A stretch of DNA of 62,000 bases. Source: Botryllus schlosseri (taxonomy: Eukaryota). Within the stretch, counting starts at the first letter, position 1, and every line of letters starts with the position of its first letter. Location of the stretch: positions 682,001 to 744,000 of the forward strand of contig CM119371.1 in NCBI GenBank assembly GCA_051294905.1. The letters are read 5' to 3'. A model generated the notes under the pieces. The model did not search any database. It was not told where the DNA came from and saw only the letters and a list, made by a program, of their open reading frames with translations. Positions 1 to 13,948 of the stretch are shown piece by piece. The translations under genes and the position numbers were made by a program.

Positions 1-14
1 AAAATAAGCTCTAC

Positions 15-250
15 CTTGGCATAGAAAATCCGAGAAAGCTTCGGCCAAACCGTCTTCCAAAACATCGAGACAGATTTAGAACAAATACAGTCCGTACTTT
101 GCGACCATCGTGAGACGTCTTGGAAGCGTGTTTCTTCTAGGACTTGACAACTGAAAACAAGCAAGCACTGAAACCAAGCACACATAGCATGCGCTTGAAA
201 TTGCGCTTACTGACTTCTTATGGGTGTATCTATCCATCCAATGTCGCCAA
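15..250 (-). CDS. Two phase-compatible exons (211-250, 15-150) of an unidentified gene continuing off the left edge
   Basis: Acceptors tatag|/tttcag| and donors |gtaagc/|gtagag with a 60-bp intron. Phases 1-2 then 2-0 give the open frame GDIGWIDTPIRSHCQVLEETRFQDVSRWSQSTDCICSKSVSMFWKTVWPKLSRIFYAK. Confidence 0.5.
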
Positions 251-3200
251 CTATACTACTTCTGTAGCAATAATGCCGGGAATTATACCAACGCGAGAGA
301 CACGGTGCATATTTTTGTTTCTTTATTCATATTATGTTGAATTGCACAAAATCGGGGCAGTTTCATGCTACCCGAAAGAATGGGTAAAGGGATACCGTTT
401 TTTTTATATATACAGGAGACAACAGATGGAGATAGATGATAGACGTATCTCAATAATATTTTGTGATATCACGATATTGGTGGCGCAAAATTTATCACCA
501 TCACAAAGGGGGTAGTGTCTAAAAAAGCTTGAGAGCCTCTGGTTTTGAGCAGCGGTTTCATCACATTTTAGAGCGCTACCAAATCTTGTGTTAGTTTACA
601 TCTCACGACCTAAGCTGCGCGCATCATAAAAATGCATTTCTGACACAATTAAGCCTATGCAACGTTTTACGAGCATGTATGAATAAGACAAGATGCTGAA
701 AAAAACACATTCAATATTAAAGAACATTTACTTTTTTTGAGTACTTGAGTAGACCTTTTCTGTTTCCAATCTACTTTACTATGTTTAGGCAGAACAAATT
801 AATTTTTACAGCTTGGGATTTATAAACTAGAATGTGGTTTTGAGATAGGTTCCTAGCACTTCTATGTATAAATTTCCATAACGGTTTAAGTAGCGACTGT
901 ATCAAGGTAATTAAATATATTTTCCAAAATGGCACCAATAATTGAAAATATTTCTGGGCTCATTTTCAATTCAGTAATTTGCATTATCAGTGGTGCCAAT
1001 AAGCGACAAGCGACAGTGTACAGCGACACACAATTTAGTTAGTTAGTTGCAGATCTTCAAAGGCCATTGTTCAACTTCTAGTTTCGCATCTCGAAAATCA
1101 GTAGTTCGTACAAGTTTTCTCATTTATATTAGTTTAAGAAGTGAGTATAGTTTCTTCCTCATTTGCTGAATGGTGATTTAGTATTGTTAACGAGGAATGG
1201 CGGCAGAAAATTAAACGGATATTGATAAAAGTTTATGTAAAATATAAGTTCACAAATCTCAGCATCACTTGAAGTTTTACCTTTTTCCAATTGACAATTC
1301 AACTATTAGCCTGTCATTGGTCCAAAAATGTTGTTATTGATATTAAAACTTCTCAGAGCTTTCAAAGCGCGTTCGACTGTTCATGCTTGAAGTTGATAAA
1401 TGCGAATCATAGCTTTCTTCTAACTTCATGTACGTTGAAATTCTTCAGATCTCGCATCAGTCGAGATTCCGCGATAACTACACCTCGTCGATCTTTGTTT
1501 TGGAACAGGAGACGCTCCTGAAAACATGATGTCATCAGTTTAGCGAAGCACTCATAGAGTAAACGTGTTAGCCAATAGCAAAGAAAAGCTAGACAGTCGA
1601 ATCAGCCATTTCGAACAGTTTTGTTCTGCACCCTTTTGGCGAAAAAAAGGGATACACTGCTTTCTCTGAGTTAACCGGAAAATCAATTGCTCTCTTCATT
1701 GCTGTGCATAAAGGCATACAACGCATTCAAAAGACATCAGTGTTGCGGATTGCATTAATCGCTGCTGCTGTGTACAGCAGTAATTCACACGGATCGCACA
1801 AAGCGCACGTTAGTTATACCTCCTGGTTAGTTGTATGGTACGATATTTTCGATACCAGACCATTCAACAATTACTGTGTATTGTATTACGGTGTAACACA
1901 CACACACATATAGGGTGTAGTACTTTTCGATACCTACGACAATGCAACTAACTGCTGAACTGTCAAGGAAGAGTATTTAGCTTTTTTGTGTTTACTTTAG
2001 CATGCAATTTCACCTTTAATGCTGAACTCCTCTGTACCAATCTGTTTTATGAGATGCATGCAATGCTACCTAATTGTAGGTGACTATAAAGCGCTGGAAC
2101 GGTCTCGTATGAGCTCATTGTGACCTCTTGCTGGATAAACCGTCATTGTTTCACTATAATCACTCATTTCGTTATAAAACAAACAAAGTGGCCTACTATT
2201 TATTTTGCTATAATCTAATGATACAGCCTGTGTCCGAATTAAGTGGAGAATTATTAGAATGAATGGGAGTTGAATACGTACAATTTGACACTTTTTTTAC
2301 CTTTCCCGAGGATAGGAGGATTTGACTATAGTTTACATGTGCACTGGTACACAAAACCGATTCAAGAAAAAGTATAAACCGCGCTGCTCAACATTGCGTA
2401 CCGGTAAAATTTCCAAATATCAAAGTCAACACATAACAACAGTGAACAATTCAACACAAAGAACGAGAAAATAATTTTATTGAGAAATTTGGTGGTGCGC
2501 TTTCGGTATCACACCTGTTATTACTGAAGCTTCTGCAAAATGGGCTGAAATCAACAACTCAATTTTGACTGTTGGGTTCATTTCGAAAGAATTGCGTTGC
2601 AGTGTTTGACAGATTTTATGATACTGTCAAATATCGCTACATTGTATTGTTGAATTTTGGAGAGTATATAACATTCACATATGTTGGTCTTAAATAAGCT
2701 GTAGGGCTACTCTGAAGCATAGTACAACACTTGCAGCATTGTTCGCTGGAGGCTTGCCGGTTAGCATGTGTCGACGCCAGGTTGGTAAAGGTTAAGAACC
2801 ACTGCTCTTAGCCATTTGGAATACTGCCTTATGATAGCACTTCATAAAAGACACACATATTTCAGTATTAGTACGCAGTAAAAATCATTTCAACGACGAA
2901 CTTGTGTCATAGTTATAGATGAAAATTGTCAATAAGACGGATGGAACACTCTGATTATGCTACTTTTCTGGGTTCTTATACGACGACAATGGGTAGCCTT
3001 CACCAATCCGGTGAACCCCATATTTTTGTTAAGTCACAAAAAACCTATCACAATACACAACTACACATTTCTATATAATTCTAGTGCGCGGAATGACTTA
3101 TGCGTCGGCATCAGTATTAAAAACAAAACCGTTAAAACATGACCATCATACAAAATACATGACTGTAAATCAGCGTGACTTCTGTTGTATGAGTCAGGTG

Positions 3201-3700
3201 TGTGTTCCGGTGAACCCCAAGACTGGCTCAGAGCAAACTTGATCAAATTTCTTGTTTTCCCGAAAATAATACAGGGGAACTGTGTCGCGCGAGAAATGAA
3301 TCAAGCTTGGTGTACAAACATTTGTCAGTCTCGTGCTTATGAGACTGAGGTCTGATTGGATATGAACTGAGCTTTATTCCATGCCCAAGTTTTTGTGAAT
3401 TAAGTGATTCTAATTCCAATCTAATTTTGAAAAATTGTGTAGCTTTCACTGTAATTCTAATCTAATTTGGAAAAAAATTAATATTAGTTATAATTCTAAA
3501 TCTAGTATAATTTGTATAAAAACAACTGAAGCTTTTAGTTATCATTCTAATTCCAATCTAATTTGGAAAAGGTAAAAATGACCTAGTTGTCTAAATCTTG
3601 CTCAGAGAACCCCTGGAGTTATCGTGTGAAACCTCTTAGGAACCACTGTTTCAAGACAGCCCAATTAAAAAGTATGCTGATAGCTGTGGTTCTGACATAC

Positions 3701-3845
3701 CTCCAACTTTTGATGGACTTCTAGGAAGATTGTCATCACAAAGTCGAGCTGTACGTTTGCATTTTCAGTTTGGCCCGTTTTGCTTTTTCAATCTTCACAC
3801 GTTTCTTCCATTCTTATGCGCTGAGTCCTTCAGTGGCTTGCGTTC
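3701..3845 (-). pseudogene. Exon C, degenerate copy (stop plus frameshift)
   Basis: gtgtag|...|gtatgt boundaries; homologous to 18579-18722 but 145 bp long with an in-frame TAA. Confidence 0.7.
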
Positions 3846-4778
3846 CTACACAGAAAAATCACAGGTGGTCACGTAGTCAGCGTCGCACTTTTCTACAATA
3901 ATTAACCATAGTTGGCTACTCTCAAAGTAGCTTCATGCAGGGTTGTTATGACTCGATTTTCTGGTGACTCGACTTGACTGAAGTATTTTTTAAGTGACTC
4001 GATTCGAATAAATTTGTGTGTTGACTTGACTTGAGCTAGAGCCATTGCGCATAACTTTAACCAAGTCACATGACTCAAGACTGGGACGGCCATGACAGAC
4101 ATTCCGTTGTAACTTCGAATAATAGTGAAGTCACCACATTGTCGGTATGTCGTCTATCAGTCCTGATACTTGGAAAATACAGCCAGGAACTGTTAGGACT
4201 GAGCAAAAGTGCGATACTCTGTACCACTCTAGCAGAGCTGAAAAAAAGTGGTTTGAATCGTATTGAACTCAAAACTAAACAGTGAACACAATTACTGTGT
4301 TTCCACGCAGCACCGAAGTACAGCCAAAAGGCCAAGATGCATGCATTGTACATGTCGGCAGTGTTTTCATGACGAGACCTAACCCAACCGTGTCTTGGCC
4401 GAACAAGGCTGACATATACGTTTTTATCTGACTCATTCAGTAATAATTTCACCACATCACAAGATTGCGATAAAATGACTCCGTAGGAAGGAGACTAAAC
4501 AACTAGAAGCGGCCATTCAATCAAACAATCCTCTTTGACCTGGAACATGTCGGTAGGCCGAAATCGAACATATAAAAATGGTCCAGGGAATAAGTTTTGG
4601 GAGTTGCAACGCCTTGCATTTCAAGCTTGAAATCCCTTCTTTTTGAAATGCCGATTCTATCTCCTAGATTACTTGGCTCATTGCGATTCAGTAGTTTGTA
4701 TTACAGTATTATCAGTTGTTAGTTCGTTGTGTTTGAGGTGGTTCGGCATCGGATTTTAGAAAGTCGTTAGTTCCAGAT

Positions 4779-5620
4779 CAGTGGTCCTCAAACTGGGGGC
4801 GTGAAAACATCTGAAGGGGGGAACGCAGCTGCGGTCAAATGAAAAAAAAATTCGCGTTATTGCGGTTTACCTCCAATTCATAATTATTGCTGTGTATAGG
4901 TCCGAATTTCATATTAGAGGATTCTCACATCAACAGTCATAAGTAGGGCGTATTTTTTTGACATGTCAACAAAAGTCAAAATTAGGTCAAACAATGTCTA
5001 AATTGTTTTTGCAACCTGCATTTCGTTTATATTGTAGATTTTGCAGTGTCGGTGAACTCATCAAAAGACATTTTACCGCTTGTAGCTTACTTTATATGCC
5101 TACCGTTGTAGATGGTTCATTGTCTGCTCATTGCGAATCATAAATTTTATTTATTTCTACCATAATGCGTAATGTAACTATTGCAATTCTTCATAGGGTC
5201 AGATTATGTTAAGATAAAGTTTTTTCATGTAAAAATTTGTCAGTTATTGAGACAAAAAAGTTTTTTTTCAGGCCAAACTACTTCGTAAGGCCAGACAGTT
5301 CCAACCAGAAGTGAATATAAGTAGTAAAATTCTAACGTAATGTGGGAAAATACCTAATTCGCATATGTTAGGTCAAATTTTGTCAAAATTAAGATTTTTT
5401 AGGTAAAAATATGTCAATATTTTGATTTTTTGGATCAAAATCTTTAGTTTTTTAGGTACCAAAAATCAACCTAGTCAAAACCTTCTATGGCATCAAATTC
5501 TCTGTTGAGATTGCCAGCATTGTGATTGCATTTGTGATATGACTATAAGGGGGGGGGGGGGGGGCGAAATGTCTCACTTTCCAAAAGGGGAACGTGTCAA
5601 AAAAACTTTGAGAACCGCTG
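4779..5620. mobile_element. Degenerate hAT (Charlie-like) MITE
   Basis: Termini CAGTGGTCCTCAAAC / TTTGAGAACCGCTG; absent from the homologous site at about 8861-8880 (gttctagatctgattgaag). Confidence 0.65.
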
Positions 5621-5745
5621 TAATTGAAGCTGCAAGTTTTGCAAAGCGAGTACAGATTTTGGAAATCCAGTAGTCTGGGTGCAGAACCGGAATAGTGGTT
5701 TTAAAGTACGGTAAGCATGGACGAGTCTAACAACGTTTTCCTTAC

Positions 5746-5847
5746 CATTCAGTAAGTCGATACAATTTGCCACTTTGTCGGGGGTGAGGTCTTGAATTTG
5801 ACGAAAGCACATTCGTTGGCCATGTCGATAGCGGAATAGATGGCAAT
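5746..5847 (-). pseudogene. Exon B copy (102 bp, open, phase 1-1)
   Basis: attcag|...|gtaagg; translates (D)CHLFRYRHGQRMCFRQIQDLTPDKVANCIDLLN. Confidence 0.65.
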
Positions 5848-6088
5848 CTGAATAGAAGATGTCAAAAATGTGATAGCAACGTATTGTAATATAGCCTATG
5901 AATATATGCAGGAAAATAATGTACACGCATCTGAGATCGGATGAACGTACATACAACACATCTGATATCAAAAAGGAAGCAGCAAGTTTCTCATTGAATT
6001 CAACTTTTTGATATTTGCCTTCTACTTCCACACACTGTCCACAAACAAATTTTTAGTTCATTTTGATATTTGGGTGGCGGATATAGAG

Positions 6089-7714
6089 CAGTGGTCGGCA
6101 ACCTCTGAGGTCATGAACCCAAGCGGGGTCGCGTTATCTTTTCCTGGCGTCGCCATGACTCAACATATCTATCACTGTTTTAATTCAATAGTGAAAATCG
6201 AGTCTCAGTTTCATGCTTTTATCCTATGTTTAGTTTAGATACAGGAAGCAGGTGTGCGGTACTGGCATTTAACGGACGATGTTCAGCCAGGTGGAGTTGT
6301 TTCTGAAGCAAGCTTAAAATTGCCTTCACTTTATCACATTTGTCAGTTGGTCAAACTGATACTCATATGCCATCCGCTGAATATGGCGGCAAATCTATCC
6401 ATAGTGGCAATTTTCAAGCTGTGATACAACTATGTTTTTGAAAGCACAACCTATCGTGGCAGTCTCGCGGACAGTGTTGAGATGACTCGAGTCATGTCTT
6501 GAACCGAGTCAGACTCGAGTCATCTTTTTCGAATGACTTGACTCGAATCGAGTCACTTTGCAAAAATGACTTGACTTGGCGTTTCAGAAATACGGATTGA
6601 CTCGAAGCAAAATTTAGGAGTCAATTTCAAGTCATCAAGAAATCGATGTCGCTAAAAATCGCTGTACATTGTCGCAGCAGTAAAGTAACACAATGTATCG
6701 ATCTCTGTTCTGTAAATTGGTCATTGGTGCTAGGTGATCACCTTAACCCTATTTCTTGTATGATCTAATATTCTGAATCGAATTCGAATATAGTTTACAA
6801 GTTGATATTACTACTCAAGTATTGGCGTAGGCTCAATTTGTACCTCAGGGATATGTAGTTAGGTAATCTATCAAATCCGTTTGTTTCCGCCATTCAAGGA
6901 TTCACGTTCTATTCTCCATTTTGGCAAATAAATTGAAGACAGTGGGTATACAACAGTTACATAGTTCAACAGTACTATGCATTCGGGAGCTATGCAATGC
7001 ATTTTTGCATGCGTATTTATCTCTATGTTCATCCCTCGATTTAAAATAAATGGAGACAATCTGAATTTCGAACAGCTACCAAAATGCAATGTGATGCCTT
7101 GAAAAGACATATTGATTTGAATTGTGACTAGACTTGACTCGAGTCACCTCAAAAAATTGAGCGACTTGACTGACTGGAGTCATTTTCAAAATCCGATGAC
7201 TTGACTTATCTCGAGTTAAAATGTGCAATGAATCGAGATGACTTGTGACTTGAAGGGAGTATCTTAATCCCAACACTGCTGGCGGAGGAGAGAGATATGG
7301 CATATTTTGAAACATTTACCCTTGGCTCAGCAAGTACATGATTCTACAATAGAGTTGTTCAACACACAGATGAATAGCTTCGCGCAGCATGTAGGCAACT
7401 AAAGTGGAACATGACATTATTGAAAAATTATTTATTTTTAGTTCCTTATGGTAGTATTCTGAAAAAAATGGCTACAACCAAAATATTTTTCAAAATTTCA
7501 TGTTTAATTTGATACCACATCATTTAGAGAGCGGTGCCATTTAAAAACAATCATTTTAGAATACTTTTGTGCATAAATATTTTTCAGTAACTGTAGCTTC
7601 AGCAATACTTAAAAACATTTTTTCGGTATCGTAAAACGAAAAGAGATTGCATGTAAATGCTGGTTTTACTTTTGTTTTGATTCGGGTCACATATTATGAA
7701 GTTGCCGACCACTG
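6089..7714. mobile_element. hAT MITE (CAGTGGTCGGCAAC TIR) carrying a nested MITE
   Basis: TIRs CAGTGGTCGGCAAC (6089) and GTTGCCGACCACTG (ends 7714); related copies at about 14173-15460 and 19970-21500; TSD degraded. Confidence 0.7.
6472..7278. mobile_element. hAT MITE, CAGTGTTG termini, GACTCGAGTC-rich subterminal repeats
   Basis: TIR CAGTGTTG/CAACACTG; 8-bp TSD ctcgcgga/ctggcgga (1 mismatch). Confidence 0.85.
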
Positions 7715-7954
7715 GCTCAGAGTAGGTCAGCACCACAAACAATGCGCAGTGCTGACACGGTCTCTGCCCAAAGAAAATCTACGTTGCGAACAAAAAATCC
7801 GAAGTGATGACCTTTTTTAGTCGTTACGCACTGTAGTCCAAGGTTCTGCGCAGCGAGTTGGTGGGTGTGCGCAGACTTGTCAAAAATTAGAGGTAACATT
7901 GACCACAACACTAGCGAGTTTCTGTTGAATATTAGACAGTACCGGCGTACATAC

Positions 7955-8101
7955 CTCGTCGAACGAGCCCTTTCCTGCTGAGATACAAATTCCTCTCGCC
8001 ACCCTTGTCATTCTTTTACTTCTTCTGTTGATTTATCGTCTTTTTTCACGTCTGCTCACAACTTGATTATCTCGAATCTCATTCCAGTCAGGGTTGTTGA
8101 C
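7955..8101 (-). pseudogene. Exon A degenerate copy (other copies about 12740-12852 and 21677-21799)
   Basis: Conserved ttccag|...|gtatgt-type boundaries in three paralogous copies; most frames contain stops, many of them TGA (possible CGA decay). Confidence 0.55.
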
Positions 8102-8153
8102 CTGGAATGGTAGTCACCAAGCCACAAATATGTTTACATACAGACTTGTACAA

Positions 8154-8637
8154 TAGGGGTGTAAAAAACTACTTTTTTTTCAAATTTCATCGGCTTCATT
8201 GTCAAATCATCAGGTTACCTAAAAAAACGTTGCAAACCAAATTTGACTCAATTCCAACCAGCAGATGCCGAGGTCATTCAAATTGAAATTATGCTCATTT
8301 TTAAATAATAGTATTTACAGTGACAAATTTCGTCACAATGACCAAAAATCGTGTTTCAGGTACGCCCGAAAAGGCAGGGATGTCTTTTTCACTTGTTTTG
8401 ATCTTGACAAGGCCCTATGGTGGAGTGTGGATGAAGACTTTGCCAGTATACGAAAAAAAGATTTGACATGGATTAGCTCAAAATTAGTCCACTTCGTTGA
8501 AATAGACACATTACAACAACGGTGAGATAATTTTCAAATAGAGTAGGCCTACTTTATGCGCTGAAATTAGGTAACCTGACGATGTGACAACCAAGTCGAT
8601 GAAATTTGAAAAAAAAAAGTTTTTTTTAACACCCCTA
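8154..8637. mobile_element. TAGGG-terminal hAT-like MITE (degenerate)
   Basis: Inverted termini TAGGGGTGT/ACACCCCTA; internal similarity to 40787-41200; no clear TSD. Confidence 0.6.
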
Positions 8638-9000
8638 TCTTGCAGCCATTGCTAGCTCAGAATCATGACTACTGACAGTCTGAGGACGGGTTTTGAGCGT
8701 CAGAACTCCTTCTATTTCAAGCTCGAAACCCCGTCTTTTTGAAAAGCCGATTCGTCTCCAATACTTCTTAGTTACTTTGTAATTCGGTAGTTTGTATTAT
8801 TATCAGTTATTAGTTAGTTGTGTTTTAGTTGGTACGGTATCGGATTTTCAAAGGTCGTTAGTTCTAGATCTGATTGAAGTAGCAAGTTTTGCAAAGTGAG
8901 TACAGATTTTGAAAATCCAGCAGTTTGTACAAGTCTGGTTACGGCGCCGGAATAGTGGTTTACAAGTAAGCATGGACGTATCTACACACGTTTTCCTTAC

Positions 9001-9083
9001 CATTCAGCGAGTCGATACAATTTGGTCTTGAATTGGACGAGAGCACATCCCTTGCACATGCCAATGGTGGAATTGATGGAGAC
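9001..9083 (-). pseudogene. Exon B' (83 bp, frameshifting internal deletion)
   Basis: Same splice boundaries as exon B but 19 bp shorter than 5746-5847; the same deletion is in 13866-13948. Confidence 0.65.
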
Positions 9084-10181
9084 CTGAATACCAGATGTCA
9101 AAGTGACAGCAACATATTGAAATATACGAAAACGTGCTGGAAAACAATGAACATGTATCTGATCACCATACCTACAATGCATCTAATATCAAAAAGGAAG
9201 CATCAAGTTTCTCATTAAATTCGACTTTTTATATTTGCTTTCGACTTCCACGCACTTGCCGTTTACACACATTGAGTTCATTTTGATTTTTGGATGACGA
9301 TTTTGATTCACATAATTGGAATTTTTTGTCAACTTGACTTGAGTCGAGCAATTTTCTTGAAAAATGGAAATGGAAAATGACTGGAGTCAACTTGAAACAC
9401 TTTATGTGTGGTGTCAACTTGTAGGCCTACTACAGTCATTGCGCAAGTCTCAATGAAGTCATATGACTCAAACATTCTATACAACTTGATTGAAGTCTCG
9501 TGTATCAGGATCAATACTTGACTCTGCGACTCGAGTCAAGACGAGTCAAGTCATGACTCGAATTATTACCTGAATGTAGCCACGGTATTGTCATAAAAGG
9601 ATATTGTTACGAAAACCTTGTGTATCCGCGTTTCTGTTGCTCATTATCAGTTACTCAAAAAGATGATTCTGGCCATTTTAAAAGCTAGTACCAAATTATT
9701 ACCAAAAGCTTGCGTCTCATTCAGACAATCTATTTGGAAAAACAACTTATACTCAAGTACTCATCAGAACTTCTACTTTTGAATATTACTTCAAGTAGTT
9801 GTAACAAGTCTCAAATAACCCATAATTGTTGAGAAATGAAGGGGTCAACTTCAGACTTCTTGCCAAGTCTCGGAGATTTATCTAGGCTCCCCCTTGTCAT
9901 ATCATCTGTGTAAGCAGTGTCTTATAAAAGCCCAGACGCGGGCCGTGCTACAAGTCGGCAGCTAAAGGAATAGAAAGGAAGAAAATTGGCCTGGTTTTAA
10001 TGACCATGGTAGTCAACAAACACCATGGACACTACACACAACAACATAATTACTTCTACTTCAACCACAAGATAGTGCAAGGCTAGAGCTAGAGCTAGAA
10101 ACTGTGTTTACCTGTAGTCATACACAAGTTAGGAGTGAAAAGAATGAGTATATCATGGTTTTTACTGGTGCTGCCAACAAC

Positions 10182-10735
10182 CAGTGTTGGGTTGACTCGA
10201 GTCACTTTTTTCGTATGACTTGACTTGACTTGGCGTGTCAGAAATGTGGTTTGACTCGTGACTCGGAGAAAAGGTTTCGAGTCAATTTCAAGTCATCAAG
10301 TAACAGTGTCGATAAAAATGGCTGATCTTGCATATATTCGAATTGTTCTCGATACGCTGGTGTGACACGTAAGAGTGAGCAATCACTATTTTAAATGATA
10401 ATTATAGATTGAGGCTATACGGTAATTTGAGTACTTTATCAGTTCTACGCATACGTGGGCGATACGAAGCCTCTTTATTTACATGTATTTTAAACGGGGT
10501 ATAGTCGTCCCACGGTTCCAAAGTAATGGCAACTTCCAAACAGCTCCCGGTATCAAAATGCGATGACGCAAATATGCTTCGTACTTCAAAAAATCAACTT
10601 GAATTGAACTATGACTTGACTCGTGACTTGACTCGAGCCACCTTTGAAAATAGGATGACTTGACTTGACTCGAGTCAAATGTCAATGACTTGATATGACT
10701 CGTGACTCGAAGGTGGTGACTTGGTTCAAACACTG
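10182..10735. mobile_element. hAT MITE, CAGTGTTG family
   Basis: TIR CAGTGTT/AACACTG; TSD ccaacaac/cccacaac; GACTTGACTC repeats; ends homologous to 6472-7278. Confidence 0.85.
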
Positions 10736-10806
10736 CCCACAACACGCCACTATTCGGATCTGAAATCATGGATTTGCCAAAATAATGTAATTATTAATTT
10801 ACTCAC

Positions 10807-10856
10807 TTTTCACCTCCTCGTGTGTCAGTTGAACATTTATGTTTGTCAGATTCCGA
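10807..10856 (-). pseudogene. Small exon D (phase 2-1), paralogous to NLR 3' exon 42308-42360
   Basis: ttcag|TCGGAATCTGACAA...|gtgagt; first 14 nt and phases match 42308-42360; reads RNLTNINVQLTHEEVK. Confidence 0.45.
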
Positions 10857-11570
10857 CTGAACGGTTGAGATTGTCATGCAAACGTCTTTCACGAAAGAAA
10901 TTTAGATGTATCGGAAGAACAGCCTCTCAAATGAGATGTTATGTACAATGATATTCTGATGGCAATCCACTGTAATAAAAGCAAGAGTTGTTGCATAAAG
11001 TAGATTCAATAAATGTAGCCGTCTATAGAAAGCACAGCAGCCGACCATATTCATCTATTTTCTATAGTCACAGGCTGAAATGGTCAGGTTTTCCTCAGTG
11101 TTACTCAGATAGAAGTATCATCATACGTTTCTACTCAATTACAATTTACAAGTAACTTGAAAGACAAATGCCAGTTTTGCCAGAAAAATGAAAACTGTTC
11201 AGGTAGATGTGTAAGTAGTCCTAAATCATAACAACTCGAGTACGGTAATTAGTACTAGTATGCAAAACTTATTGGAGATTTAGGTACTTTAAAAAAAAAT
11301 TAAATGACTTCATTACTGACCACCAACTGCTTGCAGAGGACCTGATTTGATTTTCTAGTTTATTTCACGTCCAAGCTTAGCAATGGATGTGTGTGCTTGA
11401 AGCGGGATGAAATATATTTTGAGCATCGCCGGCTACATCGGAACGATCAGCAAAGGTTTAGTTATCGGTATGAGGGATAGTTTATGAGATATCCGGTAAT
11501 AGTCAGGCTCTAGTTCAACACACAATGGCAGGGGGCAGACTAGTACACCATACTCAACCAACCATTGGAC

Positions 11571-11920
11571 CGGGAACTAATTAATTTTTAAAACAAGCAG
11601 CTATAACTACTTATTTTCAAAACTACTAACTGGAGTTACTCATTTTTCAAAATTCGCTATTAGAAATAGAAATTCATTACTCAATTTTTAACAATTAGCA
11701 ACTTGAGTTGGAACTACGCTATTTTTAAAATCCGTCACTAGAACTAGAACTACTTATTTTTCAAAACTAGCAATTAGAAATTGGAAGTACTCAAGTTTTC
11801 AAAACAAGTAACTAGAAATAGAAGTATAATCAGTCAAATTTTTGAAAATTAGCAACTCGAGATAAAACCGGAACTCCGATCTTTTCAAAATCCGTAGCTA
11901 GAACTAGGACTGGCTACTAG
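11571..11920. repeat. Degenerate minisatellite, 30-40 bp unit (TTTTCAAAA...AACTAGAACTA)
   Basis: About 9-10 diverged tandem units; reverse-complement units recur at about 8860, 12940, 13300, 21895 and 51980-52480. Confidence 0.7.
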
Positions 11921-12049
11921 GGTGGAGTGAAAAATGGAAAATTTTGAATTTTAAAACGAACACTTGATATGTGGTGTCAAATAGAAAAAAAATCTATAAT
12001 AATTTTGGGCTCGTGCACCCTCTAGTTGTCGAAATTGACTAGACTTTAC

Positions 12050-12520
12050 TATAGTCAATCTGTATAATGACTCAGTTTAAACGCGAATCATTGCGCATGA
12101 CTCTGACAAAGTGATATGACTCGAGTCTGAAACGGCCAAGACCAACTTACCATTGCAATTTCGAAGAATAGTGAAGTAACCACAGTGTTGGTATTTCATC
12201 AATTGCTACTGGTACTTGAAAGTGCAATCTGAAACTGTACAAAACGCGAAAATCAGTTTATATGTTTTAAATGTTAACCATTCAATATCACCAGATATCG
12301 TTATAAAAAGTACTTTTAACAAGACTAAATCGAAACTGAGCAGTCAACGCAATGACTTCGACTCGGACTCGAGTCATAATATCATGACTTGGACTTGACC
12401 CTCTGCTCGTTGACTTGGACTCGGAATGACTCGATGGTGAATTAAAAATGACTCGACTTGACTCGAGTTGAAACTATAAAAGTAAGATTGACTTGTGACT
12501 CGGAGCCAGTATGGTTGTCA
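12050..12520 (-). mobile_element. Degenerate copy of the CAGGGTTGTAA hAT MITE family
   Basis: Collinear with 49592-50128; termini eroded. Confidence 0.7.
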
Positions 12521-13865
12521 CTAAATGATTAAGAACTTCAACGTCACAAGATTTGAAAATAAGATCAGACTACAGCTTCAATGACTAAATCTACTTACTC
12601 AACCTTGTAAATTGTGAATGTAACACTCACACACATACCTACACACAATCCCGAAGCCTGTACAATACATAAACAGACAACGTCAGCACCACCATACCGA
12701 CAAGTTTGTGCTGAATATTGAATATTGGCTCTCACGTACCTGGTCATAGGAGGTCGAGACACAAATTACTCTTGTCCTCCTTTTGATTCTTTAGTTTCTT
12801 CTGTTGAAACACATTGATAGCTTTGAATCTCACTCCCGTTCATGATCTTGCCCTGAAACAATTCCCAAACACACAGTTGCAGCCAGATTTATGCATACTA
12901 TGAATCTAGTCAGTCGACGGTCATTAACTACTGGTTATCCCATAGTTCTAGTTCTAGTTACAATTTTTTTTTTAATGCGAGTAGTTCTAGTTGCATTACG
13001 GAATAAGTTAGTTGCGAAACTATAAAACGCGTGTCACCGTTCTGTGAATCGTGAAATCGGTGTTCTATTGTGCGTTGTTCTTGCATTGCTAGCTAAGAGT
13101 CATCACTACTAACAGTGGTTAAGCCCGGTGGTGGGTTTTGATTCACGGAACCCCTTTCCTCGCAAGCTCGATATCCTGGCCTTTTGTAATGCCGAATCTA
13201 TCTCCAATATTTCTTAGGTTGTTTGTGATTCAGTAATTTGTATTATCCATTATTAGTCAGCTCTGTTTTAGTTAGTTGGTTTCAAGTTATCAAAGATAGT
13301 TAGTTCTATAAAATATAGTCTAGTTGTGGTTGCGAATTTTGGAAAATGAGTACCGTACAGATTTTACAAATTCAATAGTTAGTAAACGTCTTGTTCCAGC
13401 GCTGTAACAGTGGATTGAAAGTACCACTTAGCATGGACGCATATACATTAGTGCGGAGCATGGACCGGAGCCGGGTTGGATAACCGGCCGGATTTTTTTA
13501 ATTTTGGTTGGACCGGATCGGAGCCGGATCAGTACTTCTTTGATAAGGCCAGAATCTCTATGGATAAGCATGACGTTTGTAACTAAATAACTACCAACCA
13601 ACAACACGCAAGTAACCGCCAAGCCAGTGTGAAAAGAAACGAGCTAATTCAGTAATTTGTATTATTATCAGTTGTTAGTTAGTTGTTTTTTAGTTGGTAC
13701 GGCATCAGATTTTCAAGTGTCGTTAGTTCTAGATCTGATTGAAGTAGCAAGTTTTGCGAAGTGAGTACAGATTTTGGACATCCAGTAGTTTGTACAAGTC
13801 TGGTTATGGCGCCAGAATTATGGTTTAAAAGTAAGCATGGACGTATCTACCCACGTTTTTCTTAC

Positions 13866-13948
13866 CATTCAGCGAGTCGATACAATTTGGTCTGTAATTG
13901 GACGAGAGCACACCCCTTACACTTGCCAATGGAGGAATTGATGGAGAT
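13866..13948 (-). pseudogene. Exon B', second copy
   Basis: Near-identical to 9001-9083 within the duplicated block 8780-9300 ~ 13648-14165. Confidence 0.65.

Larger units (their letters stand above)
1280..8150. repeat. Segmental duplication, copy 1 (paralog about 17590-21850)
   Basis: Collinear homologous blocks: 1337-1710 ~ 17595-17950, 3410-3990 ~ 18300-18860, 4990-5400 ~ 19040-19590, 5740-6010 ~ 19680-19945, 7920-8150 ~ 21650-21850. Confidence 0.85.

Noticed and set aside
144..515. 123-aa plus-strand ORF
   Set aside because: It has a TTG start, no recognisable motif, overlaps a minus-strand exon and runs into a MITE fragment.
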